The notes below the pieces were generated by a model that did not search any database, had not been told where the DNA came from, and saw nothing but the letters and a program-made list of their open reading frames with translations. From the IMG/VR virus record IMGVR_UViG_3300042301_004349, positions 107,172-171,171 of that record: a stretch of 64,000 nt of DNA; one strand, 5' to 3'. The stretch comes from a virus. The stretch's first letter is position 1, and each line of letters opens with the position of its first letter. The position numbers and the translations under genes were made by a program. Of the stretch, positions 50,740 to 59,724 are shown piece after piece.

Positions 50740-51149
50740 TATTCAAAGTTAATTTGTATTTCATCACTTTCTCCTGATATTTTCATACTATATTCAACTT
50801 TCACATTTACATAGTTTTGATCTGGTTCTGGAGTAATGATTACATTTTCTAAATTTATTTCAGGTATAAATGTTTGTATACCAACTCTTATATTATTATT
50901 AATTTTATTAATATTATCAGAATTGATAAAATCAAATATAGATTTTTTTATATCACACCCAAATTCAGGATTTTCAATCCTTTCACCTTTATTAGTTAAT
51001 AAAAGGTTAATTAAATTGTATTTTACTTGTTCTTTAGTACTATATGTGCTTCTAAAAGCAGAAGGCTTATTAAAAGGGATACTAAGACCAACTGCAATAT
51101 TCTTTTGCAAGTCTCTAGGATCGACACGATATATTGTTGGTGTAGGCAT
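50739..51149 (-). CDS. gp25: Baseplate sheath-initiator (gp25/GPW family)
   Basis: NLINLLLTNKGERIENPEFGC. Confidence 0.85.
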   Translation of the reverse strand: MPTPTIYRVDPRDLQKNIAVGLSIPFNKPSAFRSTYSTKEQVKYNLINLLLTNKGERIENPEFGCDIKKSIFDFINSDNINKINNNIRVGIQTFIPEINLENVIITPEPDQNYVNVKVEYSMKISGESDEIQINFE

Positions 51150-51151
51150 TA

Positions 51152-51502
51152 TTATCCTTGTTGCATCATTTGTCTCATTTCTTGAGGGCTGAGGTTATTA
51201 GCAGTATCATTAATAAAAGCAGCAAACGGATTATCACTGTTTGGAATTACTTGTAAATTAGATTGAGGTTTATTACCTGCGGGCATTCCGAACATTTCGG
51301 CCATTTTATTACCCATTTGTGATCTCATTCCAACACTATGAACATCACCACTATCAAATGATAATGAGCGATTTTCAGTAAGTGGTTGACTTTGTACAGC
51401 ATTTCCACTTTTTAATTGTTCCAATAACATTAAGCCAATTTCTTCACGAACTGCTTCGCGAACTGCTTCTTTAATAACTGATTTGAATTGTTTAGCATCC
51501 AT
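51152..51502 (-). CDS. Hypothetical protein
   Basis: QFKSVIKEAVRE N-terminus; late motif at 51506. Confidence 0.6.
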   Translation of the reverse strand: MDAKQFKSVIKEAVREAVREEIGLMLLEQLKSGNAVQSQPLTENRSLSFDSGDVHSVGMRSQMGNKMAEMFGMPAGNKPQSNLQVIPNSDNPFAAFINDTANNLSPQEMRQMMQQG

Positions 51503-51513
51503 AATAATAAATA

Positions 51514-52785
51514 TTAAGCTTTAAGATTTCGTTGATCTATGATTAATTTAAGTTCTTCAATGAGGATATCAGGATCTAATGTAAATGAACGTGATGATTG
51601 TAATACTTCATTTTTATCTGCATTTAAAGCAACGGCATAACGACGTGCATTTCCTGCTACGACGAATCTTGAATCGTTTTCTTCTTTTATAGCAAATGTA
51701 AATCCTTTGTAATCTGATGTGATTGCACCTAAATTTCCTGATGGTGAAAGTGCTGATAGAAGATTATCTAAATCGGTTCTATCAAATGCTGTTAGATTTG
51801 AAGGTTCTTCAAAAAATCCATCAATTTCTTTAAGTCTTTCTTTTTGTTCTTCTAATTCTTCAATAATCCTATCTAATAACAATCGTATAATAGAAACAGC
51901 AGCTAGTAATCCTGTTATTATTTTAATAGCTAATTCGTATTTTTTTCTAAATCTTTCTTTAGCAGGTGTAACAACATCAGGTAACGGACCTGGTGGGGTA
52001 GGTAATGGTAAGATTACATCAGCTAGTACTAATACTATATCTAGTACCGATAATATAAGTGAAATTCTTTCTAAAATATTTTTTATTGAATTAATTTTAG
52101 CTTCATTTTCATTTATAATTCTAATAGCATTATTTCTTAATAAAGTTGCTTTTCTAATGTCATCGTTAGATTGAATATTATCAATAACATCATTAACATT
52201 ATCAACTAATTCTTCAATTCTTTTATTTCTTACTGATATTAATTGACTGGTTATGGTTAAAGAGGCCATAATCAGTGGAATAGGATTTTTTTTAGCTGAT
52301 GCTGCAGCTCCTCTTAATAAATCTTTTATTATCCTAGCGTTTTTCCCTTTAACTCTCTTATGACTTCTTTTTAAAAATCCATTAATTTTCCCATCAGCTG
52401 CATTTAATTTTATTAGAATTGCGTCTCTACTATTATTAATTAATGTTTGGTAGTTTGCTGTTTTGCTAGTTATAAAATCTTGTAATTCTTTTATTTCTCT
52501 ATCAAAATTTCCCTGAAGGGTTTCTTTAATTCTGTCAACTTCTTCTCTAGTAATTGATTTATTTTCAATGCGTTTATCTAAATCAGCAAATTTTTTAAAT
52601 AAATCTTTTGTTAGACTTTCAATTTTATTTTTAGCTTCTTCAATATCATTTAAGATAAGTTGAATGGGGTTAGTACTTATTTGTCTTTTAATTATTTCAC
52701 CAACATTGCTTTTAAGAGATTTTAATTTACTCTTAGCTGATGCTGCTTTAGATACTAATCCTGATACGTTGAATAAATTAGCCAT
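51514..52785 (-). CDS. Hypothetical coiled-coil/hydrophobic virion protein
   Basis: 423 aa in the baseplate module. Confidence 0.55.
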   Translation of the reverse strand: MANLFNVSGLVSKAASAKSKLKSLKSNVGEIIKRQISTNPIQLILNDIEEAKNKIESLTKDLFKKFADLDKRIENKSITREEVDRIKETLQGNFDREIKELQDFITSKTANYQTLINNSRDAILIKLNAADGKINGFLKRSHKRVKGKNARIIKDLLRGAAASAKKNPIPLIMASLTITSQLISVRNKRIEELVDNVNDVIDNIQSNDDIRKATLLRNNAIRIINENEAKINSIKNILERISLILSVLDIVLVLADVILPLPTPPGPLPDVVTPAKERFRKKYELAIKIITGLLAAVSIIRLLLDRIIEELEEQKERLKEIDGFFEEPSNLTAFDRTDLDNLLSALSPSGNLGAITSDYKGFTFAIKEENDSRFVVAGNARRYAVALNADKNEVLQSSRSFTLDPDILIEELKLIIDQRNLKA

Positions 52786-53969
52786 TATTTTGCTACTCTT
52801 ACTTTTTGTGATTTAATTTTTTCTAATTTAGGAATTAAATTATCTACTGATTCTTTTAATCCTCTAGCAGCAGTATTAAGCTGAGTCATAGGACTACCTT
52901 CAGATCCATTTAATGCTGATGAACATATAGTACTAAAGGAAGATAAACCTATTAATAATGAGTTTAATAATCTAATAGTTTCATTACCTAACAATGCTGG
53001 TTCTTCAGGAACTGAATTACCATTTAATCCTAGTAAAATGGTTGGTGAATTAATTACAAATTTATCATCAGCATCTAAACTAATTGTATTTTTTGTATAT
53101 AATTCAATATTATTTTGAGCAAATATTAAAACATTTTCTTTTTTAGAGTTTATAATAACTCTATCAGATGTTAATATAGCTTGAGAACCTTCTAAATATT
53201 TGTTTGGTAATGAAGTAGTAGTAAGAGGATTTAATTTTGTCTTAGATACTTCTAATGGAACTTTTTGAGTAGATGTTAAATATAAAGCAGAAGCATCTTT
53301 ATTAATATCTTCAACATATAATTTACCACTTCCAAAACTATGACCATTGGTTAAAATAGTAATTGGATCACCATTTTGTCCACTATCACTCCAAAAATTT
53401 TCTCCTGTATTTATTTTATTTGTACTACCAAATCTTAAGGTATTTCCAAATCTTCCTTCAAGTATATAATCACCTTCAAAAGGTAAGATTGATTCAATAT
53501 TTTGATTTTCTTCAAAACCTAAACCTAAAGGAGCTTCAGGATCTGCTGTTTGAGCATTTTGGTGATTATTACCCCATAAATTTATATTTGTAATATAATA
53601 ATATGATGGAGTTGATCTTGAATTAGATGATTGTGACTTTACTGAAGGTAAAGAAAATACTAGAACTAATTCTCCTTTTAAAGGATAATATTTTTGATTT
53701 GGAAAAAGAGGCTTAGCTGTTGAATAACCTAATACAGTTTTACTTGTTTGGTTTTCTACGTAGTTATCCTCATTTTTACTACTATCATAAGATTTAAACA
53801 GAACAGTACCTATCCCTTGCCACCCACCACATTCTTCAAAAACCTTTTTAGAAGGTGTTTTTTCATCCATAACCGTAGCAAATACCTTTCCAACCTTAAA
53901 TCTAAAGGGAGGGGTAGATGATCCTGATGATGATTTTGTTATAGATGATAAACCATACTTAATTGCCAT
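52785..53969 (-). CDS. Baseplate hub / central spike-like protein
   Basis: YYPLKGELV, EGDYILEGRFGNTLRFGS and beta-repeat C-terminus. Confidence 0.5.
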   Translation of the reverse strand: MAIKYGLSSITKSSSGSSTPPFRFKVGKVFATVMDEKTPSKKVFEECGGWQGIGTVLFKSYDSSKNEDNYVENQTSKTVLGYSTAKPLFPNQKYYPLKGELVLVFSLPSVKSQSSNSRSTPSYYYITNINLWGNNHQNAQTADPEAPLGLGFEENQNIESILPFEGDYILEGRFGNTLRFGSTNKINTGENFWSDSGQNGDPITILTNGHSFGSGKLYVEDINKDASALYLTSTQKVPLEVSKTKLNPLTTTSLPNKYLEGSQAILTSDRVIINSKKENVLIFAQNNIELYTKNTISLDADDKFVINSPTILLGLNGNSVPEEPALLGNETIRLLNSLLIGLSSFSTICSSALNGSEGSPMTQLNTAARGLKESVDNLIPKLEKIKSQKVRVAK

Positions 53970-54354
53970 TTTCTAATATTTTAGTAGCATTAGTATCAAT
54001 ATGTTCTAATTGTTTTGTTTCATCTCCCATTTTCTTTACTTCAAGTAATAATTGCTCTTTTTCTTCTTCAGAAATTAGTAAGTCATTACTACCAGCAGAA
54101 GCACTATTAGTCATAGCTCTCTGTACAACAGATGCCATTCTTACTAAGTGATCATTGTTTTTTACCTGAACGTCCAAATATTCTTTAATAAGTGGAACGA
54201 TCATCACAGCATCCGCGGGGGTATTGATAAATGGTTTAAGAGCCATAATTAGCTCTTCGATTCTATCCTCAGTTTTTTTCGTAGTCTTGTATATATCCTG
54301 CAATAGATCCGAGAAAGTTTTTTTACCAAATATAACTTGGTTGAAATTTTCCAT
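53959..54354 (-). CDS. Helical late protein, possible terminase small subunit
   Basis: 131-aa helical protein; late motif at 54376. Confidence 0.35.
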   Translation of the reverse strand: MENFNQVIFGKKTFSDLLQDIYKTTKKTEDRIEELIMALKPFINTPADAVMIVPLIKEYLDVQVKNNDHLVRMASVVQRAMTNSASAGSNDLLISEEEKEQLLLEVKKMGDETKQLEHIDTNATKILENGN

Positions 54355-54398
54355 GATATTTATGTGTTATTTACGTATAAATATGAAAAAAATAAAGG

Positions 54399-55193
54399 TT
54401 ACATTTTTATATACCCGTGTTCATAAAATTCACTAAATAATCTAAGACGTATTGTATCTAATTTTTTAATAATTTTAGTAATTTGGGGTGTATCAACGTC
54501 CGTAATTTCACGAATATAAATGTATAATGCCTTTTTATTAAATATTTCTAAATTTTCTCGTTTACGGAATAATTCAATAATAGCATCTGCTGTTCGTGCA
54601 TCCTGTTGTTTTGGAAATATTGTAAATATATGCTTATCAACATAAGCAACATATTGATCTAAAAACATATTAAGCTCATTCTTCTCCTCATCTAGACCTA
54701 TATTATTATCGACGAATACATCATTTTCATCGTTTACTTCGTCCATATTTACCTTTTCTTGTAGTTTCTTATAGTTGTTCTGGTTGTAAACTATTAAGTA
54801 ACGTTTAGCAATGGTACCAAAATATGAATAAGCTTTACCTTTATCTTGATTATATAAGTGAAGTTTCTCAAGAAGAAAAGCTACTACTTCATGTTTTAAA
54901 TCCTCAATTGTATCTGTGTCGGTATAATAAAACTTAAATGTATGAATAATATTTTCTGCTAGTTTATAAAAACCGTATGCAATGCGAGAATTATATATTT
55001 TATTACGAATATCCTGATCAGTGTGTGACAGGTATTCAACAATAGCATTTTCAGTGTCCTCTGTAAAATATATTCTAGGCTGTTTTGGTTTACGTTTACG
55101 TACGCTTCCCTTCTTAGTTAAAGCAGGACCTAATTGTTCATCTAAAAACTTAGCAGCATCAAAATTATCATTATCGTAATATCCGTTATACAT
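54399..55193 (-). CDS. gp55: Late-transcription sigma factor (T4 gp55-like)
   Basis: IYFTEDTENAI, YKLAENII and KGKAYSYFGTIA (sigma region-2-like) segments. Confidence 0.65.
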   Translation of the reverse strand: MYNGYYDNDNFDAAKFLDEQLGPALTKKGSVRKRKPKQPRIYFTEDTENAIVEYLSHTDQDIRNKIYNSRIAYGFYKLAENIIHTFKFYYTDTDTIEDLKHEVVAFLLEKLHLYNQDKGKAYSYFGTIAKRYLIVYNQNNYKKLQEKVNMDEVNDENDVFVDNNIGLDEEKNELNMFLDQYVAYVDKHIFTIFPKQQDARTADAIIELFRKRENLEIFNKKALYIYIREITDVDTPQITKIIKKLDTIRLRLFSEFYEHGYIKM

Positions 55194-55473
55194 TATTCTC
55201 TATCTTTTTATCTAAGTTGTTTAATAAAGTATCTCTCATACTTTTTATTTGTTCAAAAAATGTTCCTATCTCATCATCATTTTCAAAAGCACCTGATGAG
55301 TCTAATTGTGTAATAGTTTCATCTATTTTAATTACACTTGAAGTTAAATTACTGATCAATGTATCTTGTTCGTTAATTAAATCTTCGGCTTTTTCATTTT
55401 TCATTAATAAATTCCAAGTTGTAAAACCTAGAACTATAATTATTAATCCTAATATTCCAATTATGATTTCCAT
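55186..55473 (-). CDS. Single-TM coiled-coil protein
   Basis: N-terminal TM helix. Confidence 0.6.
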   Translation of the reverse strand: MEIIIGILGLIIIVLGFTTWNLLMKNEKAEDLINEQDTLISNLTSSVIKIDETITQLDSSGAFENDDEIGTFFEQIKSMRDTLLNNLDKKIENNV

Positions 55474-55474
55474 A

Positions 55475-55726
55475 TTAAAATCCTTTTAAAATGTTTTGTA
55501 AATTATCTGCGTTGGGGTTTTCCGATATAAGTTTATTCTGTATGTCTCTTTTAGATTGGCGTTTTGGTTTCGCTTCGGTTTCTAGTTTAAAAAAAGGTTT
55601 ATCGGATGTTTTGGGAGATTGGGTCGCCTCAAACTCCTTACATAATGTAAGAAGTTGAGTGCGTTGAGGTTCGTTTAATTCTGTTTCAACCCAATGTAAT
55701 ATGTTTTGCCATTCTTGACTTAACAT
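55475..55726 (-). CDS. Hypothetical protein
   Basis: 83 aa, within operon. Confidence 0.55.
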   Translation of the reverse strand: MLSQEWQNILHWVETELNEPQRTQLLTLCKEFEATQSPKTSDKPFFKLETEAKPKRQSKRDIQNKLISENPNADNLQNILKGF

Positions 55727-55729
55727 ATA

Positions 55730-55897
55730 TTAGTCTTCGTTTTCTAATGAAATTTGATAACGAATTTCCTCAATTTGTTCTTTTAATTGTTCAAAGTGAC
55801 CATCATTGATTTGTCCTTCTCTAGCAATTAGATTTAGATTGTTAATCATAATGTCCAATTGCTCAACCTTTGCTAATAGTAGATCTTTGTATCTCAT
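55730..55897 (-). CDS. Hypothetical protein (start corrected)
   Basis: Starts MRYKDLL after the early-type promoter at ~55919. Confidence 0.55.
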   Translation of the reverse strand: MRYKDLLLAKVEQLDIMINNLNLIAREGQINDGHFEQLKEQIEEIRYQISLENED

Positions 55898-55948
55898 TAT
55901 TTTATTATTTTTAATACTCAATATACGAACGAAGAATGGCGTAGCCAA

Positions 55949-55980
55949 AGAAAGAGCGACTTGTTTTCACAAGCCGCTCG
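55949..55980 (-). terminator. Rho-independent terminator
   Basis: GAGCGGCTTG/CAAGTCGCTC stem followed by TTTCTTT. Confidence 0.7.
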
Positions 55981-56003
55981 ATAATTGTATTATTTTGTAA
56001 ATA

Positions 56004-56531
56004 TTAGAAGCCTTTAGATTTGCTGATTTGGCTAGCAACGCTTTGTAATACTTGCTTCTTTTCTTCTGGAGTTTTTGCTTTTCTTAAGTCATTGATGATT
56101 GAAGCCGCTAATGTACCGCCTACACCAAGTAAAGTAGCTAAAATTGGAGCAGCATCAGCAAGTAAACTTTCGCTTACATCTTCGTTCTCATCAATTTTTT
56201 CTTTCTTATCTTCGTCTTTAACTTTCTTTTTCTCAGCTAATACAGCTTGTAATTCTTGACGAACCATTTCTTTTAATTCGTCCTTAGTCATTTTTTTCTT
56301 TTTTGTTTCCATTTCGCTTATTTTATTTATTGCGGGTGAATGATTTAATATTGAGTTAATTTTTTCTTCTTGTTCAGGATCGTTAACAGACAATTCAAAA
56401 TAATTTACAACAGTTCCATTTTGGAATGCAGATTTATTTTTTAAATCATTTGAGCTAACATTAACGTTTAATTTTTCTAAACGATTTAATAATGCTGCTT
56501 TATCTTCTGCTTTTATTTTATAAATTGCCAT
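56004..56531 (-). CDS. Hypothetical protein, putative head cargo (start corrected)
   Basis: Late motifs at 56538 and 56624; internal ELKEMVRQELQAVLAE. Confidence 0.55.
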   Translation of the reverse strand: MAIYKIKAEDKAALLNRLEKLNVNVSSNDLKNKSAFQNGTVVNYFELSVNDPEQEEKINSILNHSPAINKISEMETKKKKMTKDELKEMVRQELQAVLAEKKKVKDEDKKEKIDENEDVSESLLADAAPILATLLGVGGTLAASIINDLRKAKTPEEKKQVLQSVASQISKSKGF

Positions 56532-56622
56532 GCTACTAATAAATATAAATAATTTAAACAAAACATAGCTCCCCTTGGCCAAAACCGTTTGAGAGCCACT
56601 ACCCTACAACTATCCGTATATA

Positions 56623-56817
56623 CTATAAATATGTAGAAACCTTAGATGTCATATGAGTAGCCAAACGATAATGCGCAAATACCGCAAGTAAAAACAAAGC
56701 CAACATAAGATGAACATAATGACCATAAATTCCTACTAATAGGGTATGGGTGGCATAAACTAGCATATGCCCTGTTATCCAAAGCATAATAACCATTAAC
56801 AGATTAATTTTATTCAT
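56623..56817 (-). CDS. Small hydrophobic protein
   Basis: 64 aa with two hydrophobic segments. Confidence 0.4.
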   Translation of the reverse strand: MNKINLLMVIMLWITGHMLVYATHTLLVGIYGHYVHLMLALFLLAVFAHYRLATHMTSKVSTYL

Positions 56818-56819
56818 AA

Positions 56820-57050
56820 TTATTTATTTTCATTATTAAAACCCACACGTACGCGATGGGTGTGATTCGATTTAGAAATATACGATATGCTGGGTGAAGA
56901 TATATGACGATAATAAATTACATCATCCCACCCAGGATTATTAGATGATGGGATAAGATCGTAATGGGTAGCCTTCTGACACACGTACGGGTCACTTGAA
57001 TCGAGCTGGGTATAATGGTTAAGATCGTGATTGTGTGGGAGGCGTATCAT
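56820..57050 (-). CDS. Hypothetical protein
   Basis: 76 aa, tightly packed between neighbours. Confidence 0.45.
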   Translation of the reverse strand: MIRLPHNHDLNHYTQLDSSDPYVCQKATHYDLIPSSNNPGWDDVIYYRHISSPSISYISKSNHTHRVRVGFNNENK

Positions 57051-57052
57051 GG

Positions 57053-57349
57053 CTAATGGTTTACTTGTTCGTATGTTTTTTCGAATATCTCTTTATCCAC
57101 TAACCAACGTTCACCGGTGATACCAACACATATATATTCTCTACCAAATCCTTTACTTAAATGCTTTTGGTTCTCCAATGTGGAAACATAAGGTACTTTA
57201 ATTTCATTCTTACCCACAAATCCGGAAGTACTAATACTACCATCTTCGTTTACATCTTCATCATCATAGTATCTACTGATGAATCCATCTTCATCCCCTT
57301 CTTCAAATATCTTAGCTTCAACTGTTGCTGTTTTTCTATATGTTTTCAT
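57053..57349 (-). CDS. Widespread small phage protein (…STLE…GE.W…IFEKTYE family; start corrected)
   Basis: MKTYRKTATVEAK...GERWLVDKEIFEKTYE. Confidence 0.65.
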   Translation of the reverse strand: MKTYRKTATVEAKIFEEGDEDGFISRYYDDEDVNEDGSISTSGFVGKNEIKVPYVSTLENQKHLSKGFGREYICVGITGERWLVDKEIFEKTYEQVNH

Positions 57350-57631
57350 GTTGTAAATATAACGTATATACCTTGCCACTTGAAACTAGTTTTGTTCAAG
57401 ACCTCTTTTTGGACCTATGCAAACGTGGGACAAAGGGGTATTTTCGGAAATGGTATATGCGTATATACCCATCGGCCCATGTTTACGGTGTTTGTGTTGA
57501 GAATACCCATAGTTTTTTTGCATTGACCACGGCCCGTCGATTGACCGCAATTACCGTGGGAGCACTTCGCTATCAAACCGCTATTGTACCGCTATCGTCT
57601 CGATACCGTCTGTAACCTTTTTTCGGTCACA

Positions 57632-57663
57632 CGCCCGAGTGCCCGGTTGCCCGGGTGCCCGTT
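57632..57663. repeat. Four tandem 8-bp (t/c)GCCCGnn units
   Basis: cgcccgag tgcccggt tgcccggg tgcccgtt. Confidence 0.75.
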
Positions 57664-57835
57664 ATAGCTCGTTGGGTTGTTTCTTACGATGGCGTCTACC
57701 TATCATCCATGTTTTCACACACACGGTAAGCGGACCTACCAGAATCACTAATTCACTATCGTTTATTGCGATACCGAATACTAGACCCTTAATCAATTGC
57801 AATTCAATCCACCTGTTTCTAAATAATACGTTCAT
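57662..57835 (-). CDS. Small hydrophobic protein (not in ORF track)
   Basis: MNVLFRNRWIELQLIKGLVFGIAINDSELVILVGPLTVCVKTWMIGRRHRKKQPNEL. Confidence 0.55.
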   Translation of the reverse strand: MNVLFRNRWIELQLIKGLVFGIAINDSELVILVGPLTVCVKTWMIGRRHRKKQPNEL

Positions 57836-57894
57836 GTTATTATACTTTTAATGTAATGGTTAATTTATTATTTTATCTAGCTGATTATCTAGTT

Positions 57895-58086
57895 TTAATT
57901 GACTAGTTCATCCAATATCGCTTGCGCTTCAGATTTACTTACCCAACCATCACCGTCTACATCTACTAGATTGCCTACGTAATACATATCGTTCATGTTC
58001 ATTAGGCTATTCACATTCACCTTACTAGCAGCCTGCTCAATTGCGTCGGCTTGTCTTTCTAAATCTCTTAATCGTTTCGTTAACAT
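57895..58086 (-). CDS. Early protein with EF-hand-like loop
   Basis: DVDGDGWVSKSE; has its own promoter cassette. Confidence 0.6.
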   Translation of the reverse strand: MLTKRLRDLERQADAIEQAASKVNVNSLMNMNDMYYVGNLVDVDGDGWVSKSEAQAILDELVN

Positions 58087-58140
58087 ATCTTTTAATTTTA
58101 TTATGACGTGAATATACGCTGCGAGCTCTGACCATCCACG

Positions 58141-58359
58141 TTATAGTCGATCGTCGTTTCTGAAGTCGATCTCATCCTGCTTTCTCATTTGAGCAAGCTG
58201 ATAGTTAGTGAATTCGATGTATTTCTTACCTTCAAGAGCATCATTCACAGCCATCATTCTATTCTCACCCACCACATACAGTCCGTCTTTTCGTCTTTCT
58301 AAACGTAATGGACCACTTAAATCGAACTTTTCCCCGTCATTGAATTTTAACATGCTCAT
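58141..58359 (-). CDS. Early hypothetical protein
   Basis: Own promoter cassette. Confidence 0.65.
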   Translation of the reverse strand: MSMLKFNDGEKFDLSGPLRLERRKDGLYVVGENRMMAVNDALEGKKYIEFTNYQLAQMRKQDEIDFRNDDRL

Positions 58360-58415
58360 ATTGTTTAATTATTTATTACGACGTAAATATACATAGCCAA
58401 CCCTGACCAACCACG

Positions 58416-58634
58416 TTAGAACGTAGTTGGACGGTTTTTCTTAGGTGCCTCGTCATCGTAGGCTTTATTAGCTATCCATACAGCCAGGTAGATGAACATT
58501 ACTTGAACGGTGTAGCCTAACCAGTTGTATGTTTCAAACTTAAACGCGGCGCCGAATGTGACGATACCCTCTATAAACGCTAATACCACTAACCCAATAA
58601 TTGAATACCCAATACGATCTAATACTTGCTTCAT
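58416..58634 (-). CDS. Early membrane protein (2 TM)
   Basis: Two hydrophobic helices; own cassette. Confidence 0.65.
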   Translation of the reverse strand: MKQVLDRIGYSIIGLVVLAFIEGIVTFGAAFKFETYNWLGYTVQVMFIYLAVWIANKAYDDEAPKKNRPTTF

Positions 58635-58694
58635 AACTTTAATTTTTATTATATGGTGAATATATGAACTGTGTTTTGACCCATCACGCTTTAT

Positions 58695-58985
58695 TTAAGC
58701 GAAGTGAGGCCACATCATTATTGTTCCTGGATCGTTCCACTCGAAGCACCATCCGTTTTCATCAGCCCACTCGTTAATGGAGTTATGAACACCGAATTCG
58801 TACTGATCGTAATTTTCATTACCGTAATCGAATAGCTCCCATCCGTCAGCATTCGTTTCCCCGTTCTCACCAGACATCCAGATGCCGTCACCTAGGTCGT
58901 CATCGAATTCCTCTACCGGTCTCACGAATTCCACCCCCCACTTTTGTCTCAATTCAGACATCATTTTTTCTCTCTTCATAACCAT
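58695..58985 (-). CDS. Early acidic protein (start corrected)
   Basis: D/E/W-rich; the ORF-track extension is the translated promoter cassette. Confidence 0.65.
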   Translation of the reverse strand: MVMKREKMMSELRQKWGVEFVRPVEEFDDDLGDGIWMSGENGETNADGWELFDYGNENYDQYEFGVHNSINEWADENGWCFEWNDPGTIMMWPHFA

Positions 58986-59044
58986 TAATTTTAAGTACGA
59001 CGTAAATGTACGCGGCTGGCCTTGACCAGCCACGTTTCACTTAC

Positions 59045-59329
59045 TTACTTTGAAGTGTACTGAGCTTTAAGCTCATCAATTATCGGCTCCATGTACTCAT
59101 TAATCTTGTCGGCGTCAGCCTTAATTTCATCACTAGCCCAATTCAACACACATGTATCATGGTAACTGCGATCCCACTCGATCGTGTCATCATGACGCTT
59201 AGCGTCTGGCTTGATGAATGTAACTGATGCACCCATCCCATCATCGTGAACCTCATATCCTAATGACTCAGCGAACTGGTAGGCGGCTTTGTTAATCGCG
59301 CTTTTAATTTCTTTCTTATTCATAACCAT
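59045..59329 (-). CDS. Early hypothetical protein
   Basis: Own cassette. Confidence 0.65.
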   Translation of the reverse strand: MVMNKKEIKSAINKAAYQFAESLGYEVHDDGMGASVTFIKPDAKRHDDTIEWDRSYHDTCVLNWASDEIKADADKINEYMEPIIDELKAQYTSK

Positions 59330-59393
59330 TAATTTTTAGTACGTTGTAAAGATACGAACGGGGCTTTGCCCCGCCCCGTTTTACTTAATTTTT

Positions 59394-59669
59394 TTAATTT
59401 TCTTCCCAATACACATCCATAATTTCTTCTACTTCTTCATCTTCCATATTATAATCTTCATATAACATCTCTGCTATATAATCACTATCACCATAATCAT
59501 CACTCCATTCAACCCAATACTTATTAAATTCACTTAAAAATTCTTTAATTCCAACTTCTTCTTCACTTATATTATTACTAATCCACTCTCTTCTCTTCAC
59601 ATCCAATTCACCACCATCCCATTCTTCACTCATCAACACTTCTTTCATTACTCTCAAATCGATTTTCAT
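59394..59669 (-). CDS. Early, highly acidic protein with a nearly cytosine-free coding strand
   Basis: About 30/91 residues are D/E; only 2 G on the + strand; own cassette. Confidence 0.7.
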   Translation of the reverse strand: MKIDLRVMKEVLMSEEWDGGELDVKRREWISNNISEEEVGIKEFLSEFNKYWVEWSDDYGDSDYIAEMLYEDYNMEDEEVEEIMDVYWEEN

Positions 59670-59724
59670 AGCTTTTAATTTTTAGTACGTTGTAAATATA
59701 CGCTGCGAGCCCTGCCCATCCACG

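Noticed and set aside
56547-56623. Possible structured leader upstream of 56004..56531
   Set aside because: Only short, weak pairings, not enough to support a call
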